In this document: positions 26,804 through 39,337 of the stretch, piece after piece
Layout: each line of letters starts with the position of its first letter
How positions within the stretch are numbered: the first letter of the stretch is position 1
Source of the DNA: Malacoraja senta
Taxonomy: Eukaryota
Assembly: GCA_038087875.1 (NCBI GenBank)
Contig: CM075990.1
Span: 8,062,001-8,126,000 of the forward strand
Direction of reading: 5' to 3'
Length of the DNA stretch: 64,000 nucleotides
Translations under genes and position numbers: made by a program
The notes under the pieces: generated by a model
Told to the model about the DNA's origin: nothing
Seen by the model: only the letters and a program-made list of their open reading frames with translations
The model's database searches: none

Positions 26804-27843
26804 TAGCAATGTTACAAAATTTTGAGATTTTAAAAATAAAGTCTGCAATTTATCCCATCAGGTAAAGCATAAAAAGAAGTTTAATTTGACACTTAATTCA
26901 CTTTCATATCTTCAGTATTAAAACAGTTATGGCCATTATCATACTCAGAAATTAGCATCTAGTTCCCTATTGCTTTTCCATTGACTTAACACAAAAGCTG
27001 TGATCGAGGACAGTTAAAAGCCCATAACTTTCTTAAAAATTATGATGACTGAAAGAAATTTTCAGTTATTATAGATTGAAGCATTCTGAAACAAATATGA
27101 AACAATCTTACTTCGAAGACATGAAAGTAAAGCATATAATTAGTTAGTTACCTAATTGTAGCTAATTACAAAATTCAATTACTAGATCTAAACATCTATC
27201 AATTTCTTAAGAATAGATTAACATTTTTAAATAGCCTAAGTGTCCAAATAACATTCACACAATAATTCACAATATAACATAATTTTTAAATCTAATTTTC
27301 ATGAATTTACAGGCCAAATGGAAGGAATTGAATGTTTAATACCTGTAAATTAATGGGCATTTAATTCATCTTGTGAGTGAGGATTTCTGGAACGCGATCT
27401 TTTGGAACGTTCATTTGCGGTGAATTTAACCCCGTATTGGCATGAAAAATACTGCCGTTAATTCGGGGAATAAAATCACCGTGTCGCATGAAAAAATGTG
27501 AATTAAAGGCTTCTTAAGAAGCACTTTTATACATTTAAAGAAACCACTTTCGTTTACCTGTCCCGTGTGTGAAATCCGTCCCCGTTATCGGCATTGACGC
27601 TTCAGGAGCTGATTTTAAAATTACTCTAGCGCTGACATTGACGATTTAATAAAAATAAAAAATACACAAATCGCCACTAGGAACGATTCTTCAGCCAACG
27701 CTTGTACTCCAACAAAATATTAACCAGGACAAGGGAGGAGAAACCGCGTTTTAACCCCGCCCCCCCTTAAAGGCGCCAAATTCGCGCACATGGCCAGTGG
27801 CAGAATTACAGCGCGACTGAAGGTAAGTTTTGTAACATACCTA
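26804..27843. mobile_element. ~1040-bp non-autonomous DNA transposon (hAT-like termini), copy 1
   Basis: Imperfect TIRs TAGCAATGTTACAAAA ... TTTTGTAACATACCTA, flanked by CATCTCT at 26797-26803 and 27844-27850. A second copy lies at 31529-36599. No ORF. Confidence 0.85.
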
Positions 27844-28214
27844 CATCTCTGGGTGTTGTCACCCCTTGGAAGAAATTATACGGAACAGAAATAGGTCCTT
27901 TGGTTCCTCCGTAAATCCAAGTCCCATTTTCCAATACATATGTAGCCTTCCATGTCTTAGCAATTCTAGTGTTCATTTGGATCTACCTTAGACATAGCAA
28001 GAGAACGTGACTCCATCTCCTCTCAGGCAGAGCCCTTCAGATTCCAACTACCCACGAGATTAAAAAGTTGTCCTTTTATCCCCTTCAACTCTCCTCCCTC
28101 TCACATTATTCCCTCTAATTTCATATTTTCCACCCGATCTGTACCACATTTTGTTTACTTCAGTCAAGTTTCTGTCCATCCAGTCTCTCTCCATGGGTGA
28201 AACATTTTAGATTT

Positions 28215-28530
28215 TGGTTTTAGTTTAGAGATACAATGTGGACACAGGCCCTTCGGCCCAAAGAGTCCATGCCAACCAGCGACCCCTGTACACTCGCAAT
28301 ATACCTACACAAACGAGGGATAGTTTACACTTGTACTTGTACTCTAAAGCCAACCTACAAACCTGCTTGGCTTTAGAGTGTGAGAGGAAACCAAAGATCT
28401 CGGAGAAAACCCATGCGGTCACGGGGAGAACGTACAAACTCCGTCCAGACAGCACCCGTAGTCGAGATTTAACCCGGGTCTCCGGTGCTCCAAGCACCGT
28501 AAGGCAGCAACTCTACCGCCGTGCTGCCCT
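28215..28530 (-). mobile_element. HE1/V-SINE-type SINE
   Basis: Same family in reverse orientation. Confidence 0.85.
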
Positions 28531-28539
28531 AATTTCATT

Positions 28540-29745
28540 GCAGGAAACATCCTGGTGAATCACTTTGACACCTACTCCAGAATAATCATGGCCTCCCTAA
28601 TGCGCAGTGACCAGAACGGTGTGCAGTACTCTAGCTGTGGCCTCATCAATGTTTCATACGGTAGTCCCATAATCTCTCTGCTCTGATATTCCATGGCTTG
28701 GACAATGAAGGCAATTATGACTTCCCCAGCTTGTATATATGTGCTGCATCTTCCGTGTTTCTTGGACTTGCATAGTGTGGTCGCTAGTTTCCACGGTATT
28801 CTCTTGGGTCCTACTGTTCATTGAAAGTCCTCCCAAAGTCCATCACTATGCATATCACAACTAGATTCTCCCTGTCCTTGATCTGCCAAACATACAGGAT
28901 TGATATTGTCCTGTAACCTTGGACTACCTTCACCACTTTCAAAAATATCACTGTTATCTGTGAGCATACTACTAATACCTCCAACGGTCACATCTGAATC
29001 ATTAATATAGGTAGTATACAGCGATGGTCCCAGCATCGACATGCTGGTTTAAAGTATTGATTAATTTTCAAGTATAGATTGTACTTTTCCAAAGCCTTTC
29101 CAAGTATAGGTGAATTCTTTTCCTCGGAATTTTTTTTCCAAGTTCCCTATCAATGTCTTTCTGGCCTATCATTGCACAGTTTAATCCTGCGTATCAGCTT
29201 CCAATCATAAAAACAAACCTTCAACCATTAACCTCTGCCATCTTATTACCAAGCCCAATTTGATCCAATTTGCTGAATTGCCCTGCTCCACATGAACGCT
29301 AACATTTTGGGCGGCATTCAAATGAGACCTTGTCGAAGGCTTTGCTGAGGGTTATATTGAGTACATCTGCACTGCCTTCATCAATACATTTTGTTACCTC
29401 TTCAAAACCTTCAGCCAGAAACTCCCCGTAACAAAAGTGTGCAGCCACCGGTTGATTGATTACTATCTTCCCAAGTATGGATTAATTCTCTCCCTCCGAA
29501 TTTTTTCCAACAACTTTCCTACCACTGAATCTTTGGCCTATAATTACCTTGTTTAACCTTATTGCCCTTATTGATTGGCCTTAAGAATTACATTTGGCAC
29601 CCACCATTCATCTGGCATCTCGCCTAAAACCAATAAAGGTTTAAAAATCTCTTGCAGAGTCCCAGCAGGTTCCTCTCCTGTCTCCTGTAGAAGCCTGAGA
29701 TGCGTCGCATCCGGCCCTGGGCATTTATCCAGCTTTTAAGACCGT
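28540..29745 (-). mobile_element. Old CR1 RT remnants
   Basis: SMLGPSLYTTYIND-like motif and an accttgtcgaaggcttt (KAFDKV) remnant; degenerate match to the young CR1 copies. Confidence 0.65.
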
Positions 29746-29777
29746 TAGTGCCTCCTCGTTCAAGGCATGGTTCTACA

Positions 29778-30082
29778 AGGCCACGGCAGTGCAGCGGTAG
29801 AGTTGCTGCCTTACAGCGCTTGCAGCGCCGGAGACCCCGGTTCGATCCCGACTACGGGTGCTGTCTGGACGGAGTTTGTAAGTTCTTCCCGTGACCACGT
29901 GGGTTTTCTTCGAGATCTTCAGTTTCCTCCCACACTCCAAAGATGTACAGGTTTGGCTTGGTATAAGTGTAAATTGTCCCTAGTGTGTGTAGGATAGTAT
30001 TAACGTGTGGGATTGTTGGTCGGTGTGGACTCGGAGGGACGAAGGGCCTGTTTCCGCGCTGTATCTCTAAACTAAACTAAAC
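29778..30082 (+). mobile_element. HE1/V-SINE-type SINE
   Basis: GCAGCGGTAGAG A-box, GGTTCGATCCC B-box, CR1-like 3' end and (TAAAC)n tail. Confidence 0.88.
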
Positions 30083-30877
30083 TCCTCCTTGAATACTTCA
30101 AATTTATGTCCCCATATTTGGTGGGATATGTTCTCCTCCCAGCAAACCACCCCAAGTTATGTAAACTCTGTTGCTATACGCAAGATTCGCCTGGTATGAA
30201 CAATAGAATGGTTCTCACTTCCAGAACAACCGGGCTTTAATAACCCTCTTTTCCCCAAAACTGTTGGTTACATGGCCAGCATGAGCTCTATCCTCACTGC
30301 GATCGGTCATCTCCTTGTACCTATGGTTCAACCCCGCATCCCTGCCTGCGTCATTGGCTAATGGAGGTCAAGATGGAGGTTACTGGGAAGGGGAAGGGGA
30401 TGGATAATTCAGATAACCCTTGCTTTCTCTCTCCATCCCCCATCCCCTTCCCAGTTCTCCCACTAGTCTTACTGTCTCTGCCCACATTCTATCTTTGTTC
30501 CGCCCCATCCCCTGACATCAGTCTGAAGAAAGGTCTCAACACGAAATTCGCCCATTCCTGCTCTCCAGAGATGCTGCCTCATCTGCTGAGTTATCCAGCA
30601 TTTTGTGTCTACCTTCGATTTAAACAGCATTTGCAGTTCCTTCTTGCAGACTTCTTAAGTCTGAAGAAGGGTTTCGACCCGAAAAGGTGTCTGAAGAAGG
30701 GTCTCAACCCAAAACGTCACCCATGTCTTCTATCCAGAGATGCCGCCTGTCCTGCTAAGTTAGTCCAGCATTTTGTGTCCATCATTGGTGTAAACCAGCA
30801 CCTGCAGTTCCTTCCTATGCACATGCTCTTTCTTCAGTATCTAAAAATATTTTCAAAAAAATCTGAAGAAAATTAGT

Positions 30878-30905
30878 CTGAAGAAGGGTCTTGACCCGAA
30901 ACGTC
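30878..30905 (+). ncRNA. Minimal type I hammerhead ribozyme core (Penelope pLTR-derived)
   Basis: CTGAAGA-A-GGGTC-TT-GACCC-GAAA-CGTC: conserved CUGANGA and GAAA boxes, paired stem II and a GUC cleavage triplet. Activity not shown. Confidence 0.7.
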
Positions 30906-32103
30906 ACCTATTCCTTTGCTCCATAGATGCTGCCTCACCCACTGAGTTTCTCCAGCATTTTTGTCTACCTCAAAAAAAATTAAAGACTTGTAAAAGCAAG
31001 TTGAATTGTTTAATGGTGCTCAAACAAGCATTTCACAGAATCAAGTTGTGTTATTCTAACAAAATAGAATTACTTTTAAAAATATGTTAATTTAGAGAAT
31101 GAAACCATTTATCCAATTAATTTTTCATTCAAAGGAACTGCAATATCTTTTATATTTGTGTTCCTAAAGACCAACAGCATTAGAAATAGGGGTGAGAGAA
31201 GGCCATTTGCACCATCAGCCACTGGCTTCACTTTCTATATCACAGCTAATCTTCCCTTCAACACCATATTCCAGCGTTAAGGTCATATCCCCTGATTCCG
31301 TTAATATCCTGAAATGAACCCATCTCAGTTGTGAATGTAGACAATGACTATGGCTCCACCAACCTCTATGGTAGAGGATTTTAACCATTCATCACCAGTT
31401 GAATGAAGAAAGTTACTTTCACTTTAATCCTACATGGCTATCTCTTATTTTGAAACCATGACCTCTAGTTCTTAATTCCTCATTCAGAAGAAACATTCTT
31501 CCTGTATCTAATTTTGTAGACCTTGGTGTAGCAATGTTACAACATTTTGAGATTAAAAAAATCAAGTCTGTAATTAATCCCATCAGATAAAGCATAAAAA
31601 GAAGTTTAATTTGATACCTAATTCACTTTCATATCTTCAGTATTAAAACAGTTATGGCCATTTTCATACTCGGAAATTAGCATCTTGTTCCCTATTGCTT
31701 TTCAATTGACTTAACACAAAAGCTGTGATGGAGGACAGTCAAAAGCCCATAACTTTCTTAAAAATTAAGAGAACTGAAAGAAATTTTCAGTTATTATAGA
31801 TTGAAGCATTCTGAAACAAATATGAAACAATCTTACTTAGACGACATGAAATTAAAGCATATAATTAGTTAGTTACCTAATTGTAGCTAATTACAAAATT
31901 CAATTACTAGATCTAAACATCTATCAATTTCTTAAGAATAGATTAACATTTTTAAAAAGCCTAAGTGTCCAAATAACATTCACACAAGAATTCATAATAT
32001 AACATAATTTTAAAATCTCATTGTCATGGATTTATAGGCCAAATGGAAGGAATTTAATGTTTAATACCTGTGAATTAATGGCCATTTAAATCATCTTGCG
32101 AGT

Positions 32104-34507
32104 TTTTTGTATTCTATGTGATTTATAGTCCCATATAAAATGAGTGATATCTGAGTCGAGTTTTAAAAAAAACTTCTTTGGTAAGTATATAGGAATCGAT
32201 TGAAATAGGTATAAAATTTGTGGTAGAAAGATCATTTTTATTGCATTTATTCGGCCTATTAAAGACATCGGGAGCGTTTTCCAGAATTTAATTAGTGTGT
32301 TTAATTTATTAAGTAGGGGATCAAAATTTGCCTTAAACATACCTTGATATGTTCTAGTAATTTCGATTCCCAAGTATTTACATTTTTCTGTAGCTATTTT
32401 AAAAGGGAATTTTAAAAGATGTGTTGAATCTTTCGGTTTTATTGACATAATTTCACTTTTATTCCAATTTATTCTATATCCAGAAAAAGATCCAAAGTCT
32501 TCAATTAAATTTAATATATTTGGTATGGTGATTTGAGGTTTCGTAATGTACAGTAATATATCATCCACGTATAAAGATATTTTATTATATGAGTTTTTAG
32601 TATTATATCCATGGATATCAGGGTGTATTCTAATTTTTTCTGCTAGCGGTTCAATAATGAGAGCAAACAGCTGTGGTGATAATGAGCATCCTTGTCTATT
32701 TCCCCTTGATAGTTGGAATTTCGAGGATAATATGTTATTAGTTAGTATTCTAGCTGTAGGTTTATTATATAGTAACTTGATCCATAGAATAAAATTCTCT
32801 CCCAGTTGGAATTTTTGTAATACTTTATCCATATAATGCCATTCTACTTGGTCAAATGCTTTTCCAGCATCCAGCGAAATAATTGATAATTCTTGATCTT
32901 CAGATTTGTGTGAGTGCATTATGTTGAGTAAACGTCTCATATTGTTAGATGAGTATCTCTTAGGGATAAACCCCGTCTAATCTGGGTTTATTAATTTACT
33001 AATGTATTTACTTAATCTTCTAGCTAATGTTTTCGCTAATATTTTTTGATCTGTGTTTAACAATGCTATAGCTCTATATGAACCTGGTTCTTCTAAATCT
33101 TTGTCTTTCTTAGGTATTAGTGTAATCGTTGATTCCGCTAATGTATCAGGTAGTATTTGTTTTTTAAAAGCATATTGGTACATTTTTTGTAATCTTGGTA
33201 TTATTTTATCATAAAAGCTTTTATAAAATTCATTAGTAAATCCATCAGGGCCTGGTGTTTTTCCATTCTTGAGTGAGTTTATTGTATCTTCTAATTCCTT
33301 AATTGAAATTCGTGCACCCAGTTCCTCTTGTTCCTTCAGCTCTAACTTTGGAAGATTACAATTATCCAAAAACTTTGTGATATTATTGGAATCAATTGTC
33401 ATTTTAGATGTATACAAATTCTCATAAAATTGCGCAAATCTTTTATTAATATCCTTCGGTGTTGTTAATAATTCCCCTTTATCTGATTTAATCTTTGGTA
33501 TAGTATGTTCCTTTTCTCGTTTTTTTAGCTGGCGAGCCAAAAGTTTATGCGGTTTATCCCCAAATTCAAAGTGCTCTTGTTTTGTAATTTGAAAAAGTCT
33601 TATAAGTTTGGCAGATAATAATTTATTTAATTTAAATTTCAAAATTATTATTTTATTATGTTTATCTATTGATGGATCTTTAGCATTATCTATATCCATT
33701 TGTCTAATAAGTTCTTCTAACTGTCTTTGTTCATTCTTATTCTTTTTATTTTGAAAAGCTTGATATGAAATTATAATACCCCTAATGTATGCTTTAAAAG
33801 ATTCCCATAATACAGTAGACGATATATCTGGAGTATCATTTATTTGAAAAATGGCCTCCATTTGTTCTTTTAAATATATACTCGCTTGTGGATCTTTTAG
33901 AATTTGAGAATTAAATCTCCAAAACGATTTATTCTTAAACATTCCTTCCAGTTTTAAAAAGAAAGTTAGTGGAGAATGGTCTGAAATCGAATTTGTGTGG
34001 TATGTTGGGTTAAATGTTTGAGGGATTAATTTTGTATCCAGCAGGAAGTAATCTATATGTGAGTATGTCTTATGTACCATTGAATAAAACGAGTATTCCC
34101 TGCCAGTTGGATTAACAATTCTCCAAACATCTGCTATATTAGTATTGTTTATATAAGTATTGAGAAGTTCCCTGGTTTTCGATTTCATATTCCCTCTCTG
34201 TTTTTGGCTTGATTTATCTAAGTACGGATCTAAAACACAGTTAAAGTCTCCTCCTATTATAACATTTTGATAGTTAAACTCTGCAATTATGTTGAAAATT
34301 TTATTGAAAAAGTGGGGGTTGTCAAAGTTAGGGGCATATATATTTACCAAGGTAAGTGGAGTATCATGGATTTCTCCATTAACTATTAAGTATCTCCCTT
34401 CTATATCTGTTATGATATTCTTTGCTTTAAATGGTATACCTTTTCTTATAATGATTGACGTGCCTCTAGATTTCGAAGTGAATGAAGAATGGTATGTTTG
34501 ACCTATC
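32104..34507 (-). pseudogene. L1 ORF2 endonuclease + RT (inverted segment)
   Basis: IGQTYHSSFTSKSRG, NIYAPN, GGDFN, SDHSP, TPGPDGF, YRAIALLNTD, one in-frame TAG at 32977-32979, then SLDAGKAFD, GNRQGCSLSP, LYVDD, KYLGI and FIWDYKSHRIQK. Confidence 0.92.
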
Positions 34508-34510
34508 TTT

Positions 34511-35743
34511 TATGTTTGACCTAAAGTATTAGGGGGTTTAGCACTACCTAATTTTATGTATTATTATTGGTCAGTAAATATTAAAAATATGATTCAACTG
34601 ATGGATAACTCCGCCCAGCAAGTGGACTGGATTGTAATGGAGAAAGAGGATTGCTCCTCTGGAAACATTGGAGCGATCCTCCTCTCTCCAATGAAACTGA
34701 ATAATATAAATTATAATAAGAACCCAATTATTCATAGTACAATCCGAATTTGGAAACAAATAAAACAAAATTTAAAATTAAGAAATTTATCACTTTTATT
34801 ACCCATAGTTAATAACCCTTCGTTTAATCCCTCTGTTATAGATAAAGCTTTTACAGATTGGGATAGACTAGGAATTAAAACGCTCGGTGACTTGTATGAA
34901 ACTGGAAAATTACTTTCATTTCAACAATTACAAATAAAATATAAACTCGGAAATAATCAATATTTTAAATATTTTCAAATATGCGACTATTTGAAAAAAT
35001 ATACAAAAGATCATTATAATAACCCAGCAGATGTATTGGATGAGGCAATGCAGATAAAAGCTGAATCAGCAAACTTAATATCATATTTGTATAATATTAT
35101 CTTAAATGTACAAATACCATCTACGGAGGGTATCAGAAGAGACTGGGAACAAGAGTTAGCTATTAAAATTTCAAAGGAAAGTTGGAATGAACACTTATTA
35201 AACGTGCATAAATGTTCGATTAATGTAAGACACACTTTAATACAATTTAAAATTTTACATAGATTATATTATTCCAAAACTAAAATTCATAAAATGTTCC
35301 CAAATGTATCATCTATTTGTGATAAATGTCAATCCCAAGAAGCTACTATAGCGCACTCATTCGTTTTCTGTACAAAAATTCAAATATTTTCGAATGAAAT
35401 TTTCGAAATCTTTACAAAATGATTTAAAATAAGACTGATACCCAAAGCAGAATGGATTATCTTCGGAATAACGGAAGATGGTCCAGAACTAAATGTGTTT
35501 CAAAAGAAACTAATAGACTATGGGTTAATAACTGGAAAAAAGCTAATTCTAAAATTTTGGAAGGAGGCTCCAATACCAACTATAAACATGTGGATTTCAA
35601 ATATGTTCGAAACATTACACCTAGAAGAGATAAGACTCCTCCTAGCAGGTAAACCAGATCACTTCCACCTGACGTGGTCTGCATTTATAGAATTATTCCA
35701 ATATAGGGTGCAAAGGTACCTTAAAAAAATTGAGGTCAGGTAA
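34511..35743 (+). pseudogene. L1 ORF2 C-terminal region (non-inverted segment)
   Basis: Starts PKVLGGLALPNFMYYYW, directly continuing the inverted segment. Contains the C-terminal zinc knuckle CDKCQSQEATIAHSFVFC. Disrupted near 35420-35495. Confidence 0.88.
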
Positions 35744-36794
35744 GGGGGGATGATAGTTGAAGAGTTGGTATGTCCCATTTGCGTAATGCTCATAAAAACT
35801 ATTTGTTTCTCTCTTTTTCCTCTTTCTCTTTCTCTTTCTTTTCTAGGGTCTATTTCTTAACTCTTTTTCTTTTGTTTTTAATTTTGTTCTTATAGGGTCT
35901 TCGTCATTTTTTGTTGTCACATTTTCTACACTCTCACTTTTTCCTTCACTTTCTTCTTTCTTTCAATCTTTTCCTTTTACTAGTGTAAAAAACAAATGGA
36001 GTATATTAATTGTAAGAAGACATAAGTGACGAGTACTAATGTATGTGGTTGTAATGTAATGTACTTCTAATAAATAAAAAATTAAATTAAAAAAAAAAAT
36101 AATAATAATAATCATCTTGCGAGTGGGTTTTTCTGGAACGCGATCATTTGGAATGTTGCGGTTGCGGTGAATTTAAACCCGTATCGGCATGAAAAATACT
36201 GCCGGTTCGTACGGGGGGAAAAATCACTGTTTCGCAACTTAAATGTGAATTAAAGACATCTTAAGGAGCACTTTTACACATAAAATAAATGGCTTTCGTT
36301 TACCTGTCCCGTGCGTGAAATCCGTCCCTGTTGTCGGCGTTGACGGCTTTAGCTGATTTTAAAATTAGTCCAGCGCTGAACTTGTCGGGCAATTTTTAAA
36401 ACAAAATACACAGAACGCCCGTCGGAACGATTCTTCAGCAAAAGCTTGCACTCCAACGAAATATAATCCAGGACAAGGTAGGAGAAACCCACGTTTTAAC
36501 CCCGCGTTTTAAACCCCCCCCCTCAAAGGCGCCAAAATCGCGCACATGGCCAGTGGCAGAATTGCAGTGCCGCTGAAGGTAAGTATTGTAACATACCTAC
36601 TTGGTATGCTTCAATGAGATCTTCGCTTGGTCTTCTAAGATTGAACGTCTAGCCTAGTTGGTATCTCCTGATGTGATGGACTGCCCATCTAAGAAACCAA
36701 TCGATAAATCAACTACAATCAGTCTGAAGAATGGTCCTGGCCTGAAAGATTGCCTGTCCATTCGCTCCAGAGATGCTGCCTGACCCGCCAAGTT

Positions 36795-37131
36795 TACTTT
36801 GGGTTTTAGTTTGGTTCGCAGATCCAGTATGAAAACAGGCCCTTCAGTCCATTAAATCCATGCCGACCATCAATCATTCATTCACACTAATTAGATGTTA
36901 TCCCTCCTTTGCATCCACTCACCCATACGATGGGCAATTTTAGAGGCCAAATACCGTACAAACCCAGACATCATTGGGATGTGAAAGGAAATCGGAGCAG
37001 CTGAAGAAAACGCATGCGGTCGCAGGGAGGACGCGCAAACTCCCCACAGACAGCGTCTGAGGTCAGGATCGAACCCAGGTCTGTGGTACTGTGAGGCAAC
37101 AGCTCCACCCGCTGCAGCACTGTGCCGCCCC
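36795..37131 (-). mobile_element. HE1/V-SINE-type SINE (older)
   Basis: Same family, more diverged. Confidence 0.75.
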
Positions 37132-39337
37132 AGCAATCCAGCACTTTGAAGCTGCTGGCAAATTCCCCACCGATAGTGAGTATATTCTTTATGTGTGGAG
37201 ACCAAAACTACATACTGTACTCATCAAGGCCCTATCTAATTATAGTAAGATATCCGTGCACTTGTACTTAAATCCTCTGGCAACAAAGGCCAACGTGCCA
37301 TTTGGCTTCCAAACTGACTGCTCCATCTGCATGTTAAATTTCAGTACACAATACCTGGTCCTTTTGAATCCACATTTCCCCATATATCACCATTTAAAAG
37401 TACTAAGTATTTTTTCAGTTTGAAGAGGCGTCTCAACCCAAAAGGGTCCTTATTCCTTTTCTCCAGAGATGCTGCCTGACCCGCTGAGTTACTCCAGCAT
37501 TTTGTCCATAAGTTCATTCATTCATAAATGATAGGAGCAGGATTAGGCCATCTGGCCCATCAAGTCTACTCTGCCATTCAATCATGGTTGATCTATCTCT
37601 CCCTCCTAACCACATTCTCCTGCCTTCTCCCCATAACTCCTGACACCTGTACTAATCATGAATCTATCTATCTCTGTCTTAAAAATACCCATTGACTTGG
37701 CCTCCACAACCTTCTGTAGCAATGAATTCCACAGATTCTCCACCCTCTGACTATAGAAATTGCTCCTATCTCCTTCCTAAAGGAGTGTCCTTTAAATTTG
37801 AGGCTATGGCCTTTGGTCCTAGACTCTCCCACTAGTGGAAACATCCTCTCCCCATCCACTCTATCCAGGCCTTTCACTATTCGGTAAGTTTCAATGAGGT
37901 CCCCCCTCATTCTGCTAGTCTTCGGTCTATCTTCGGTTTAAACCAGCATCTTTCCTATACATACTAAGTTTTTTTGTTTTACTAGTGGATAACCCTCCAT
38001 TTTTCCCATGTTGGATTCTATCTGCCCTCACTCAGCTTGTCTATACCCCCTTGAAGCCACTGCCCCCCCCACCCACCCCCTCCCCCCCCCCCCAATCTCA
38101 CATTCCCACTGAATGGGATTAATGTTTGAATGTAAAATAAATGGTTTTTTTGAATTTTCGCAAACCGCATTGGGATGACTACAGTGCTCTTTTATCATCA
38201 AATTATGCTTGTATCTTTTACTATCTCACATCTGTCTTGCATCTATGACAGGTTCTGTCTTTATGTAATGAATTCATTGACCTTGGATGTTGCCATCTGC
38301 TATTGTGCTTCATTTGTCAGTGTAGAACATTTGGATCTTCTGTTGGCCCTGATTCATAATTTATTCCTTGGGATTTTTTTACTTGGAGCAAAGAAGACTG
38401 AGGTGATCTGGTGGAGGTGTATAAAATCATGGAGGGAGTAGACTTGTGAACGCACATAATCTTTTCTCCAGGGCTAGGGAATCAAAAACTAGAGGGGAGA
38501 GGTTTAAGGTGAGAGGGGAATCTTGAGGGGCAATTTTATTTTTCACAGAAGAGGTGGTATATATTGATGAGCTACCAGAGAAAGTGTTTGAGAGGTACAA
38601 TATAACATTTCAGGGCATTTGGATCGGTAAATTAATAAGAAAGGTTTGGAGGGATATGGGTCAAATGTGGGCAAATGGGACCAGTTTATGTTCATAGGTC
38701 ATACGTGCAAAATTGGGCCATTTGGCCCATCGAGTCTATTTGCCATTCAATCATAGCTGATCTATCTTTTCCTCTCAACCCCATTCTCCTGCCTTCTCCT
38801 CGTAACTTTGGACGACTAATCAAGAAGCTGTCCTTCTCCGTGTTAAAAATACCCAAAGACTTCACCTCGATGGCCATCTGTAGCCATGAATTCCACAGAT
38901 TCGCCACTTGCTGGCTAAATAAATTCCTCCTCATCTCCTTTCTAAAGGTATGTTTTTTTTATTCTGAGGCTGTGTCCTCACTAGACACTCTCACTGGTGG
39001 AAACATCCTTTCCATGTCCACTCTATCCAGGCCCTTCACTATTCAGTAAGTTTCAATGAGGTCCCCCCTCATCTTTCTAAACTCCAGCGAGTACAGGCCC
39101 AGTGCTGTCAAACACTTATGCTTTATCGCAACTATCCCTAGGATCATTCTAGTAAGCTTCATCTGGACTCCCTCCAACACTAACACGTCCCTTCTCAGAT
39201 ATGGGGCCCAAAACTGCTCTTAATGTTCCAAATGCATTCTGACCAGTGTCTTATAAAGCCTCAGTATTACATCCCTGATTTTATATTATAGTCCTATTGA
39301 AATGAATGCTAATGTTGCATTTGTCTACCTTACTTAA

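Larger units (their letters stand above)
32104..36109. mobile_element. L1-clade LINE, 5'-truncated and 5'-inverted, with A-rich tail and 15-bp TSD
   Basis: TSD AATCATCTTGCGAGT at 32089-32103 and 36110-36124. The inverted EN-RT segment is on the minus strand and the C-terminal segment is on the plus strand, followed by a 3' UTR, AATAAA and an A/(AAT)n tail. Confidence 0.93.
31529..36599. mobile_element. Same non-autonomous DNA transposon, copy 2, interrupted by an L1-clade insertion
   Basis: 31529-32103 and 36110-36599 align colinearly with copy 1. Flanks are CTTGGTG (31522-31528) and CTTGGTA (36600-36606). Confidence 0.85.

Noticed and set aside
29778..29860. tRNA-like sequences with A and B boxes (also in the other SINE copies)
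   Set aside because: These are SINE heads continuing into SINE body and tail, with no complete cloverleaf.
30085..30400. Unique-looking segment that might be a retroelement coding remnant
   Set aside because: No convincing motif in the frames I read; left unassigned.
30521..30970. Repeated ~28-bp hairpin motif with spacers, superficially CRISPR-like
   Set aside because: Eukaryotic context, irregular spacing, spacers that are themselves repeats, and no cas genes. Explained by Penelope pLTR copies.
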